Below are positions 1 to 8,721 of a DNA stretch of 64,000 nt, in pieces. A program made the translations under genes and the position numbers. This DNA is from Parcubacteria group bacterium Gr01-1014_8 (GTDB lineage Bacteria; Patescibacteriota; Minisyncoccia; Phycocordibacterales; UBA2100): contig VMGC01000005.1 of NCBI GenBank assembly GCA_007376385.1, positions 32,001 to 96,000 on the forward strand, given 5' to 3'. Position 1 is the first letter of the stretch. Every line of letters begins with the position of its first letter. The notes under the pieces were generated by a model. The model ran no database searches, was not told where the DNA came from, and was given only the letters and a program-made list of their open reading frames with translations.

Positions 1-91
1 GCTTTTGACTCTTTATCGGGCACATACACAAAATGCCACCCCCCATCTCCCGGATATTTCCAGAGTTTTCCTCTGAATATGCATCTTTTCA

Positions 92-388
92 TCAGTCGAG
101 TACTCGGACAAGTCTGGATCGCATAACGTTGTAATATGTATTGTCCGGGTACCGTTTATCTCTCGCCTTGACGAGTTCAGGTTTGAAGTCACGTATATCC
201 TCTTCGGACATGGTCTTGGGGCCTACCCAAGCTGTTTCGGTGTTGCCAACTTTATCGAGCTTTAAAACACGGAGTACAGTACCAGCGCGAATATTCCCAC
301 TGAAGAATCGAGCATGAGATGCATACTTAAGCATCGCAAAACATTCTTCCTCTATGGGTAAAGAAAGCCCTTCGTGCTGTTCTCCCAT
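92..388 (-). CDS. Hypothetical small protein (about 99 aa). The C-terminal part of the longer 92..826 ORF reads like a real protein; start chosen at the internal Met (MGEQHEG...).
   Basis: ORF track 92..826 (-). Plausible globular sequence only downstream of Met147. It is divergent from the operon at 595. No family recognised. Confidence 0.3.
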   Translation of the reverse strand: MGEQHEGLSLPIEEECFAMLKYASHARFFSGNIRAGTVLRVLKLDKVGNTETAWVGPKTMSEEDIRDFKPELVKARDKRYPDNTYYNVMRSRLVRVLD

Positions 389-416
389 GTAAGGCGCATT
401 GTACCGTTTGTCTAGC

Positions 417-524
417 TTATTTGCGAGCGTTGCGAGTAAAATGCAAAAGAGCACTTTTGCATTCCCGAGCCGAGGAGCAAACACAGGTTCAATACCTCGG
501 AGCAAGCTCCGAGGAACCTTTATT
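417..524 (+). ncRNA. Candidate small structured RNA, repeat copy 1. Order of parts: TTATTT box, GCGAGCGTTGCGAG, hairpin 441-462, CCGAGCCGAGGAGC, terminator-like hairpin 495-514, then UUUAUU.
   Basis: Near-identical copy at 38889-38996 and a diverged copy at 15593-15759 whose changes keep both stems paired (one as a G-U pair). Hairpin plus U-tract at the 3' end. Confidence 0.45.
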
Positions 525-594
525 TGTGAAGCGGGCAAATTCTCCCTGGACTTGAGACAGGGACAGGAGTAGAGTTGTCCGCATTTAGACTCGT

Positions 595-1110
595 ATGTTA
601 CGCCTTTTGACGCAGATGATCCGGACTGGCAAGAAGACCGAACCGGCTCCAATACTGGAGCCAATTGACGAGGTCGGGGAGAACCTCCGCAATGCCATTC
701 ATACGCTCTACGGAGGGCGTATGCTCCGTATCCGCCACGTGGATGCCGGCTCGACAAACGGAGAGGAATTCGAGATGACGGCGCTTGGCAACGCCTACTA
801 CGACATGGAGCGATTCGGACTTTCATTTGTTGCCTCTCCCCGGCACGCTGACATTTTGACCGTATCCGGGCCAGTAACGCGCAATATGGAACACGCGCTC
901 AAGACTGCGTATGAAATGACGCCGAAGCCTCGCATTGTCATCGCAGTCGGAGACGGCGCAATTGACGGAGGAATCTGGAAAGATTCGTACGCAATTGTGG
1001 GAGGGGTGAAGGATGTTATTCCGGTTGACGCCGAAATTCCCGGAGATCCACCGTCTCCGCTTGATCTGCTAAAAGGATTTCTAAATGTGTTGCAAGGCGC
1101 AAGAAAATAG
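595..1110 (+). CDS. NuoB/HycG-like hydrogenase small-subunit homolog in which all four N2 [4Fe-4S] cysteine ligands are replaced.
   Basis: GSCNGCE corresponds to GSTNGEE here, MGACALSGG to VGDGAIDGG, and PGCPP to PGDPP. The rest of the sequence aligns to NuoB/HycG (PKPRIVIAVG..., VIPVD). Confidence 0.8.
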   Translation: MLRLLTQMIRTGKKTEPAPILEPIDEVGENLRNAIHTLYGGRMLRIRHVDAGSTNGEEFEMTALGNAYYDMERFGLSFVASPRHADILTVSGPVTRNMEHALKTAYEMTPKPRIVIAVGDGAIDGGIWKDSYAIVGGVKDVIPVDAEIPGDPPSPLDLLKGFLNVLQGARK

Positions 1111-1115
1111 TTTTT

Positions 1116-3080
1116 ATGGTTGCGTCTTTTTTTGTTGCCTCGCTGATTTTGCCGCTTGTAGCAGGAGTTGCTGCGCTTCTTCTCCTGCGTACAAAAGCGG
1201 GTCACATGCTCACGCAATTGGTTTTTGCTCTCGGCGGCCTAAGCGGTGTCGTTGGCGCAACGTTGTTCTATGCGAGCGATGGAGCGAGCACCGTCGTTTT
1301 TCATACGGCACTCTTTAGTCTTGTTGTCGGGACGCTTTCAGTATTCTTTTTGGGAATTATATCCGTCGGTGTTCTTCTCACATCGTTGTATGCGCTTGAG
1401 GGTCTGCGCAGATACAAAAGCGTCTATTCACTCCCGTGGCTTGCCGTTGCGTCTGCTTTTTTCATATTCGGCATGCAGGCAACGGTCATGGCCTCCTCTG
1501 TTGCGGGTTTTCTCGTTGCGTGGGAGTTGATGTCCGTCGCCGCATATTTCCTCGTTATAGCGGATGGCACTGAAGAATCACTGCATGCAGGCTTCTCGTT
1601 TTTTATCATGGCGCACATCGGGTTCGCGAGTCTTGTCGCAGGATTTCTACTTCTTTCTGCGGGCAATCCCTTTGCAGAGTGGCCGGAAGTAGCGCTCGCC
1701 GCAAAAACCATGACGCCGGCGACGCTCTCCGTCGCGTTCTCGCTTTTATTCATCGGCTTCGGCTCAAAAGCGGGTCTTGCCCCGCTCCATCAGTGGCTGC
1801 CCATGGCGCATCCGCAAGCGCCGAGCCACGCTTCGGCGTTGCTATCCGGCGTCATGTTGAAAGTCGCGCTTTTTGGGTTCATTCAATCGCTGTTCTTGTT
1901 TCCATCGGTTCCCCTATCATGGGGCGTTGTTGTCCTTGTGGTAGGACTCGTGTCGGCTTTCTTCGGCGTTCTGCACGCAGTCGTCGAGAGCGACATGAAA
2001 CGAGTACTCGCATGGAGCAGCATCGAGAACATGGGCCTTATTTTCTCTGGCGTAGGCGCAGCAATGATATTGCGCACGTTGCCGTACGAGGCAGGACCCG
2101 TACTCGCATCATCTATCGCCATTTTCGTTGCGCTCCATATCATCAATCACTTTCTCTTCAAGAGCGGGCTCTTCATGGCTGCGGGCGTTATCGTATCGGA
2201 AGTGCATTCTCGTGACATGGATATCATGGGGGGTTTAGCGCAAAAGTGGCCCATCTTCTCCGGCGTTTTTCTAGCTCTCGCGCTCGCAGCGGCAGCGTTG
2301 CCTCCGTTCGGTACATTCTTTGGCGAGTGGATGTATCTGCAATCTCTCGCACTTGCGCTTGTCGGTCTGCCTTTGCCGCTTTCCGTCGTTGCGGGACTCG
2401 TCCTCGCAGCCGTCGCATTGGTGAGCGGCCTTGCTATCGTTGCGTTCGTAAAAATGTTCTCAAGCGTCTTTTTAGGGAGAGCTCGAAATGAACATGCGGA
2501 ACATGTGGGGATGATGCCAATGTCTCTTATGTGGCCGCCAATGGTGTGCGCGATTCTTTCGATTGTTGCCGGGGTGCTTGCATTTCCTTTTTTTTCATCG
2601 CATTTTATGGATGGCGCGAGCATCATGCAAGATGTCGTTATCGTACAAGGCGCCTCCATGAACGCTTGGATCCTGTGGGCGCTTATCGCGGGTCTTGCGA
2701 TCATAGCGCTTCTTCTCGCGCGTTTTCTTCGCGTGCCGGTTCGCATTACGGATACGTGGGATTGCGGGCAGCCGCTCACGTCGCGAATGGAATATACGGC
2801 AACTGGATTCTCGGCACCGTTCCGCTTTTTCTTCCGTGCGTTCTTAGTATCGCGAAAAGAAATGATCGTTACGCCTATCTCTTCAGAGAATCCGTGGATA
2901 GCGAACCGGCGTCTCGAGTGGAGCATTACCTCAACATGGGAGCGGCTCTTTTATCGCCCCGTCGGGCAGGCATTGCTTCGTTTTGCTGAATACGCGCGCA
3001 AGTTCCAAAGCGGCGTCGTCCAGATGTACCTTTTGTTTGTTGTTATCGCTCTTGTCGGAGCATTCATTTTTGCGCTATGA
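1116..3080 (+). CDS. HyfB/HycC-like (NuoL/MrpA family) antiporter-type membrane subunit.
   Basis: 654 aa polytopic protein with the WLPMAHPQAPSHASALLSGVMLKVALFG motif typical of HycC/HyfB. Confidence 0.8.
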   Translation: MVASFFVASLILPLVAGVAALLLLRTKAGHMLTQLVFALGGLSGVVGATLFYASDGASTVVFHTALFSLVVGTLSVFFLGIISVGVLLTSLYALEGLRRYKSVYSLPWLAVASAFFIFGMQATVMASSVAGFLVAWELMSVAAYFLVIADGTEESLHAGFSFFIMAHIGFASLVAGFLLLSAGNPFAEWPEVALAAKTMTPATLSVAFSLLFIGFGSKAGLAPLHQWLPMAHPQAPSHASALLSGVMLKVALFGFIQSLFLFPSVPLSWGVVVLVVGLVSAFFGVLHAVVESDMKRVLAWSSIENMGLIFSGVGAAMILRTLPYEAGPVLASSIAIFVALHIINHFLFKSGLFMAAGVIVSEVHSRDMDIMGGLAQKWPIFSGVFLALALAAAALPPFGTFFGEWMYLQSLALALVGLPLPLSVVAGLVLAAVALVSGLAIVAFVKMFSSVFLGRARNEHAEHVGMMPMSLMWPPMVCAILSIVAGVLAFPFFSSHFMDGASIMQDVVIVQGASMNAWILWALIAGLAIIALLLARFLRVPVRITDTWDCGQPLTSRMEYTATGFSAPFRFFFRAFLVSRKEMIVTPISSENPWIANRRLEWSITSTWERLFYRPVGQALLRFAEYARKFQSGVVQMYLLFVVIALVGAFIFAL

Positions 3081-3163
3081 CCCCATGAGAGAAACGATCT
3101 AAATTCTTATGAATCACACCAATTGTAACGAGATGCAGTGCTTCGCTCAGGATCATATCTATT

Positions 3164-3180
3164 TTTCTCACGGGGTATGA
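3164..3180 (+). promoter_or_regulatory. Conserved 17-bp intergenic motif, copy 1 (TTTCTCACGGGGTATGA); the ATG of the HycD-like gene is embedded in it.
   Basis: Matches the motif family TTATCTCAYGGGGTATA. Confidence 0.4.
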
Positions 3181-4124
3181 CCGTCACGATACTCATTTTG
3201 CAGTTCTTCTTAGTGCTCGCGGCAGCGCCCGCGACGGTGGGGATCGTGCGTAAAATAAAAGCGCGCTTTCAGAACAGGCGCGGCGCACGCATCACGCTTC
3301 CATACTGGTCGCTCCTTTCGTTGCTTCGAAAAGAAATGACCATCACGCGGCACAGTTCGTGGGTGTTTCGCATCGTTCCGTTCGTGGTCTTTGGAAGCGC
3401 ACTCGCGCTAGCAGCGCTTATTCCTTCTTTTGCTGTAGGAATTCTGGCCGCGAGCATGAGCAACATTTTTCTTGTCGGCGCCGTCGCCGCGCTCGGCTCC
3501 GCGTTCCTTGTTTTTGGCGGCATGGATACCGGAAGCACGTTCGGCAACATGGGCTCCAGCCGCGAGATGACGATAGCCTCATTGATAGAGCCTGCCGTAT
3601 ACGTATCGCTCGCTTCTCTTGCAACGCTCTCCGGTTCGTGGAGTTTGGATGGCATCGCACTATTTTTTGCCGCAAGTAAATGGGTGGAGATAATACTTCC
3701 GGCCTCACTTACGTTAGTGGCCCTCGTCTTTGTGCTGCTCGCAGAAAATGCGCGCTATCCGGTGGATAATCCTGCAACGCACCTTGAGCTCACAATGGTG
3801 CATGAGGCGATGGTCTTAGAATATTCCGGCCCATACCTCGCAATGCTCGAATACGCGTCGTGGATAAAATTGACTGCGATGCTGATGCTCGTGATGAATC
3901 TCGTAGCGCCGTGGGGTATTCTGACTTCTCCATTTGCTCTTGGGGCCACTCTCATCGCGCTCGTTGCATTTGCCATTAAGCTCGGCGTCGGTGCATTCGT
4001 CATTGCGTTCATCGAATCAACGATCGTAAAAATGCGCTTCTATCGAATGCAGGAATACATGTCTCTTGCGCTCATCGTTGCGCTCGGCGGTCTTGCTATT
4101 TCGCTTGTCTCAATTGCCGTATGA
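3177..4124 (+). CDS. HycD/HyfC (NuoH-like) membrane subunit.
   Basis: The N-terminus MTVTILILQFFLVLAAAPATVGIVRKIKARFQNRRG matches the HycD/NuoH start. Start set at the internal ATG at 3177 rather than the track start at 3138. Confidence 0.8.
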   Translation: MTVTILILQFFLVLAAAPATVGIVRKIKARFQNRRGARITLPYWSLLSLLRKEMTITRHSSWVFRIVPFVVFGSALALAALIPSFAVGILAASMSNIFLVGAVAALGSAFLVFGGMDTGSTFGNMGSSREMTIASLIEPAVYVSLASLATLSGSWSLDGIALFFAASKWVEIILPASLTLVALVFVLLAENARYPVDNPATHLELTMVHEAMVLEYSGPYLAMLEYASWIKLTAMLMLVMNLVAPWGILTSPFALGATLIALVAFAIKLGVGAFVIAFIESTIVKMRFYRMQEYMSLALIVALGGLAISLVSIAV

Positions 4125-4774
4125 GTGCGCAGCTTACATTCGACCTCCCGACATTATTTGCATGCGGCATGCTGCTTCTATCGTTGATAATGGTAAGCCG
4201 CATGCGTCTTTCGTCGCTTGTCGGTATTTTCCGTTACCAGAGCGCGCTTCTTGCCATCTATGCGGTCATCCTTGCGATCTCTCATGATGAACCAGAATTG
4301 CTCGCGGTCGCCCTTTTTATTGCACTTGTGAAAGTGGTCCTCATACCAGCGTTTCTCATTCGCGTCGCAAAGCAAAATGGCGTGTCAGAGAGGCTTGATT
4401 CGTATTTGCGTCCGACGACGTCCACATCAGTAGGTTTGGTTGCCATCCTTCTCGCGTTTGCCGGAGCAGAGGCGACATTTGCTACGAGCGCGGGGCTCAT
4501 CATAGTTGCGTGCGTTTTTGCTCTCATTCTGACGGGGCTTATTCTTCTCATTACGCGCAAAGACATGTTCGGGCAGGGAATCGGATTTCTCGTGATGGAG
4601 AACGGCATCTATGCATTCGGGCTCGCTCTTGCTGGCGGAATGCCCATCTTTGTCGAGCTTGCAGTTCTGTTTAACCTTCTTGCGCTCACCGTTCTGATGG
4701 TTCTGTTGTTCCGAGTCGCGCAAAAGGTCCACTCTTCTGTTTCAACCGAGCATTTTAAGCGACTCATCGATTGA
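4121..4774 (+). CDS. HyfE-like small membrane subunit (217 aa).
   Basis: Size, multi-helix hydrophobic profile and position between the HycD-like and HyfF-like genes. 4-nt ATGA overlap with the upstream gene. Confidence 0.6.
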   Translation: MSAQLTFDLPTLFACGMLLLSLIMVSRMRLSSLVGIFRYQSALLAIYAVILAISHDEPELLAVALFIALVKVVLIPAFLIRVAKQNGVSERLDSYLRPTTSTSVGLVAILLAFAGAEATFATSAGLIIVACVFALILTGLILLITRKDMFGQGIGFLVMENGIYAFGLALAGGMPIFVELAVLFNLLALTVLMVLLFRVAQKVHSSVSTEHFKRLID

Positions 4775-4775
4775 T

Positions 4776-6227
4776 ATGACTGTATCTCTGCTCCTCATGG
4801 TTATTCTTGTCGCTGCTGCGATGCCGTATCTCTGTGCCACAACGAAACAGGTGCGTTCGCTCGCGATGATAGGAAGTACGAGTATTTTCCTGCTTTCTCT
4901 CTTTGTCGGGATTCCGGCGCTGTTTGCTCCAGCCGCTGTTACCGGCGCGGGTTTGTGGTACATCGATGCTCTGGGCGGGTTCTTTGTTCTCTTGATCGGA
5001 TTCGTTCAGTGGACAGGGACGCTCGTAAGCATGACGTACATGAAGGAAGAAGAGGCGCACGGGACGGTAACCGCGGCTAAGGTCAAACGATACTTCGTAC
5101 TCTTGCATCTTTTCGTCCTCGCGATGATGCTTGCTGTCGTCTCGAATAACACAGGCATCGTGTGGGTTGCGCTCGAGGGCACGACGCTGGTGACGACACT
5201 CTTGGTCGGTTTTTACGAACGAAAAGAATCTCTTGAGGCTGCCTGGAAATATCTCATTCTGTGCTCATCGGGCATTGCGTTCGGATTCTTGGGAATTCTT
5301 GTCATGTTCTATGCGGCTTCGACGACGGGGGCGGAAGGCGTTATCGGCATGACGTGGTCAGGGTCGGCACTTCTTGAAGCGGCGCTTCCCGTAAGCGTCG
5401 TAAAGATAGCGTTTGTGCTCTTGCTGATAGGGTTTGGCACCAAGGTTGGTCTTGTCCCGATGCACGCCTGGCTCCCGGACGCCCATTCAAGCGCGCCATC
5501 GCCAATTTCTGGCATGCTCTCGGGGGTGCTTCTCAACGCCGCGTTATTGCCGATACTTCGTTTCAAAAATATTGTTGACGGCGTTGCCGCGCCTGGTTGG
5601 ACCGATCAGCTTCTCATCGTATTCGGGGTTCTCTCTATCGCGCTTCCTGCAGCGTTCGTACTTGTTCAGCGCGATTACAAAAGGTTGCTCGCATATTCGA
5701 GCATTGAACACATGGGGCTCATTACGCTGTCGGCAGGACTCGGCGCGATTGGTTCCGTCGCCGCGACAATTCACATTGCGGGTCACGCTCTCGCGAAATC
5801 TGCGCTCTTCTTTGCGGCGGGAAACATCCTCTTGAAATATCACAGCACTAAATTCGAGAATGTCTCGGGGGTTACACGCATATTGCCTTACACAGGAGGG
5901 CTCTTTCTCGTTGCATTTTTGGCGCTTCTCGGCGTTCCGCCTTCACCCTTGTTTGCGAGCGAATACTTTATGGCGGCTGCTGCGATAGGCACGCATCCCT
6001 ACGCCACCGGCGCCGTCTTTCTCGCCCTCACTATCGTATTTGCCGGATTTGTGCGGCTCTTGATGCCGATGTTGTTTGGGGAGAGTCCTGACAGAGGTGG
6101 GCGGGAGAGATGGAACATATCGCACACCGCTATCACGTTGAATATCGTTTTACTTATCGGACTTGGTATTGCTCTCTGGATTGCTCCTGGAGAGGCGATC
6201 ATCCAACGCATTGCAGAAATTATTTAG
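4776..6227 (+). CDS. HyfF/HyfD (NuoN/NuoM-like) antiporter-type membrane subunit.
   Basis: WLPDAHSSAPSPISGMLSGVLLNAALL motif; 483 aa polytopic protein. Confidence 0.8.
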   Translation: MTVSLLLMVILVAAAMPYLCATTKQVRSLAMIGSTSIFLLSLFVGIPALFAPAAVTGAGLWYIDALGGFFVLLIGFVQWTGTLVSMTYMKEEEAHGTVTAAKVKRYFVLLHLFVLAMMLAVVSNNTGIVWVALEGTTLVTTLLVGFYERKESLEAAWKYLILCSSGIAFGFLGILVMFYAASTTGAEGVIGMTWSGSALLEAALPVSVVKIAFVLLLIGFGTKVGLVPMHAWLPDAHSSAPSPISGMLSGVLLNAALLPILRFKNIVDGVAAPGWTDQLLIVFGVLSIALPAAFVLVQRDYKRLLAYSSIEHMGLITLSAGLGAIGSVAATIHIAGHALAKSALFFAAGNILLKYHSTKFENVSGVTRILPYTGGLFLVAFLALLGVPPSPLFASEYFMAAAAIGTHPYATGAVFLALTIVFAGFVRLLMPMLFGESPDRGGRERWNISHTAITLNIVLLIGLGIALWIAPGEAIIQRIAEII

Positions 6228-6231
6228 AAAT

Positions 6232-7752
6232 ATGACCATTCAATCACTCACACAAAGGATCGGGATCGCGGGAAAAGACTTCGTACTAGTTCCTCGTGAT
6301 GACCTGCACCGGCATGCAGAAGTTTGCGTTGAGGCAGGCGCTCCTCTCATGTTCATGTACGCAACAGAAGAGGCGAACGGATTTGTGGTACATGTAGTAT
6401 TTTCCGCAGAAGACGGCTTTCTGACATTGAAGGCGGAGCTGCCGCGCGATGATCCGACGTATCCGTCGCTCACTCGCAGTATCATGGCAGCGCATTGGTA
6501 TGAGCGATTGATGCATGACCAGTTCGGCATAGTTGCAGAGGGGCACCCCGACTGGCGACGACTCATACACCACGAGAATATCCCTGAAGGCACGCATCCG
6601 CTCCGTAAAGATTTTGCGTGGAATACGAAGCTTCCGCATGCGAATGTTCCGTACCCGATGCACGCAGTCACTGGAAAGGGAATTTATGAAGTTCCGGTCG
6701 GGCCGATACACGCAGGAATAATTGAGCCGGGCCACTTTCGTTTCAACGTTCGCGGAGAGAGAATTCTGACGCTCGAAGGAAAACTGTTCTTCAAGCATAA
6801 GGGCGTCGAGAAATTGGTTGAGGGAAAGACACCGGAGGAGGCTTTTCCCTTCATCGAAAGAATTTCTGGCGACATGGTCGCCGGGCATGCACTCGCGTTT
6901 GCGGAAGCTGTTGAAGCTGCATCTGGAGTCGCCATATCAGCGCGTGCGAAACATCTGCGTGTCCTGTGGAGCGAATTGGAGCGAGCAACGGCGCATGTTT
7001 TTGATATGGGGAATATGGGAGGCAACGGCACAGGATTTACATTCATGGCGGCACAAGGCTTTCGCATGGTCGAAGATATGCGTCGTTTGTATCAATCGCT
7101 CGTAGGGCACCGATTCTTGCGAGGCGCTATTGTGCTTGGCGGCGCGCATGATATTTCTGAGGGTGATGTTGAGAAGATCCGTGCCGTGATAGATGATATT
7201 GAGCGAGACATGAAAAAAGTTCTCGCAATTGCGTATGGAAGCGACGGGCTTATGGAGCGGTTTGAAACGACGGGAATTCTTTCACTTGAGGCCGCGAAAG
7301 CATACGGGGCGCGGGGAACGCCAGCGCGGGCGTCAGGGGTTACTCTCGATATACGAACGGGTCATCCCTATGCCGCGTACAAAGAGTTAGGAGTGAGCGT
7401 GGTGACTGAAAAAGGCGGCGATGTCGCGGCACGCTTCAAGGTCCGCGACAGGGAACTCACGGAGTCGTTCCGTCTTATCCGCGAAGTATTGAGAACTCTT
7501 CCGAAAGGCGAGGCGAAAACGAATTCCAATTTCAAACAGGGGAGTGCGCTCGGCGCAGTTGAATCATGGCGCGGCGCTATCATTGACTGGGTGAGGCTTG
7601 ATGCGGAAGGAAGAATTGACCGCTGTGCAATTTCAGACCCATCGTTCTGTAACTGGTCTCTTTTTGGCGAACTTGCGCCTGGCAACATTGTCCCGGACTT
7701 TCCTTTGTGTAATAAGAGTTTGAACCTTTCGTATTCAGGGACGGACCTCTAA
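6232..7752 (+). CDS. Fused NuoC-NuoD / HycE-like large-subunit homolog with both [NiFe] CxxC ligand motifs degenerate.
   Basis: The L1 motif RxCGxCxxxH reads RISGDMVAGH here. The L2 motif DPCxxC reads DPSFCN. Start set at ATG 6232 just after the upstream stop at 6227. Confidence 0.8.
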   Translation: MTIQSLTQRIGIAGKDFVLVPRDDLHRHAEVCVEAGAPLMFMYATEEANGFVVHVVFSAEDGFLTLKAELPRDDPTYPSLTRSIMAAHWYERLMHDQFGIVAEGHPDWRRLIHHENIPEGTHPLRKDFAWNTKLPHANVPYPMHAVTGKGIYEVPVGPIHAGIIEPGHFRFNVRGERILTLEGKLFFKHKGVEKLVEGKTPEEAFPFIERISGDMVAGHALAFAEAVEAASGVAISARAKHLRVLWSELERATAHVFDMGNMGGNGTGFTFMAAQGFRMVEDMRRLYQSLVGHRFLRGAIVLGGAHDISEGDVEKIRAVIDDIERDMKKVLAIAYGSDGLMERFETTGILSLEAAKAYGARGTPARASGVTLDIRTGHPYAAYKELGVSVVTEKGGDVAARFKVRDRELTESFRLIREVLRTLPKGEAKTNSNFKQGSALGAVESWRGAIIDWVRLDAEGRIDRCAISDPSFCNWSLFGELAPGNIVPDFPLCNKSLNLSYSGTDL

Positions 7753-7803
7753 CGATGCAACATATAGCGCACACCAAATCTTCAAAGTGTTACACTCTTT
7801 GTC

Positions 7804-8721
7804 ATGTATTGGGGAGAAGACCTGGATGAGCGCCTGTATGAGGGGATAGAGGAGACGCAGATAGAGGGTGTCGAGCCAATTCGAGCGGGACTACCCATAA
7901 CTCACTGGAGTTATTCGTCTCTCATGTGTTTTCTTAGGAATCCGCTGGCCTGGTATAAACGTTATGTCGAGAAGGTGTATGACACACCCTCGTCCCCCGC
8001 AGGTATTATCGGGCGCGCCGCGCACGTTGCGTTGCAGCATTTTTATGGTCTGCCTGTGCGTGACCGCACGCAGACAGGCGGCATCGCGAAAGGGGGAGCA
8101 ATAGATCTAGGTCTGGAATATTTGAGGAATGTGCCGGATTTTGAGGTGAATTTTGGGAAAGCGAAGACAAAAAGGGAAAAAAAGGAGAAACGAGCCAGCA
8201 TGGAGCGCGAATATCTGCAGGCGATCGGTTTTTATCTTGAAAAGCCGCCGAAGTATAATGTTGTTGCGATAGAGGAAAAATCAACGATAAAGGTAGATGG
8301 CCTCAAACTTCCCATACGCGCTATCTCTGACCTTGTGGTTCGTTCCGCCGTCGATAAAAAAGCACTCGACATCGTGGACCATAAATTCGTCGATTCGTTC
8401 AGTTCTCTTGGGGGACAAAAAACACTCTTTATCATACAAGCGATATTCAACTACTACACAGTCCAGAATACACACGGGAAGCCTGTGCGGCGTTTTATTT
8501 TGCAAGAGTGCAGAAAAAGAAGGAACGCGGATGGTAAAAGCCAGATGCGACGCTACATCATCGAATATGCCAAGTGCAAAGAAGAGTTCGCCATCTTTCA
8601 CCGTCTTATACGCGATGCGACTGCCGAAATAGCTAGAGAGCGGCTGTATCTTCCAAATCCATCCGACATGTTCGAAGGCGAGAATTCCTTCGACATCTAT
8701 AAACTTGGACTTGCTGGTTAA
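7804..8721 (+). CDS. PD-(D/E)XK-family nuclease (RecB/Cas4-like fold), standalone.
   Basis: N-terminal SYSSL..F...P..W signature, then D (AISDLVV) and a D-x-K motif (LDIVDHKF). No cas genes nearby. Confidence 0.5.
   Translation: MYWGEDLDERLYEGIEETQIEGVEPIRAGLPITHWSYSSLMCFLRNPLAWYKRYVEKVYDTPSSPAGIIGRAAHVALQHFYGLPVRDRTQTGGIAKGGAIDLGLEYLRNVPDFEVNFGKAKTKREKKEKRASMEREYLQAIGFYLEKPPKYNVVAIEEKSTIKVDGLKLPIRAISDLVVRSAVDKKALDIVDHKFVDSFSSLGGQKTLFIIQAIFNYYTVQNTHGKPVRRFILQECRKRRNADGKSQMRRYIIEYAKCKEEFAIFHRLIRDATAEIARERLYLPNPSDMFEGENSFDIYKLGLAG

Noticed and set aside
92-826. Full-length 244-aa minus-strand ORF spanning the sRNA-like element and the start of the NuoB-like gene.
   Set aside because: The N-terminal 150 aa are Arg/Pro/Ser-rich nonsense. 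They overlap the conserved repeat element and the NuoB-like coding region. Only the C-terminal roughly 99 aa (92-388) was kept, at low confidence.
2147-2926. 259-aa minus-strand ORF inside the HyfB-like gene, plus similar antisense ORFs 1424..1753, 3269..3655 and 6286..6888 within the Ehr-like operon.
   Set aside because: They are antisense to strongly supported membrane-subunit genes, Arg/Ser-rich and of low complexity. These are shadow ORFs.
7804-8721. Cas4-like nuclease as evidence of a CRISPR-Cas or other defence locus.
   Set aside because: No repeats, no other cas or defence genes adjacent, and no clear Cas4 Fe-S Cys cluster. It is annotated only as a generic PD-(D/E)XK nuclease.
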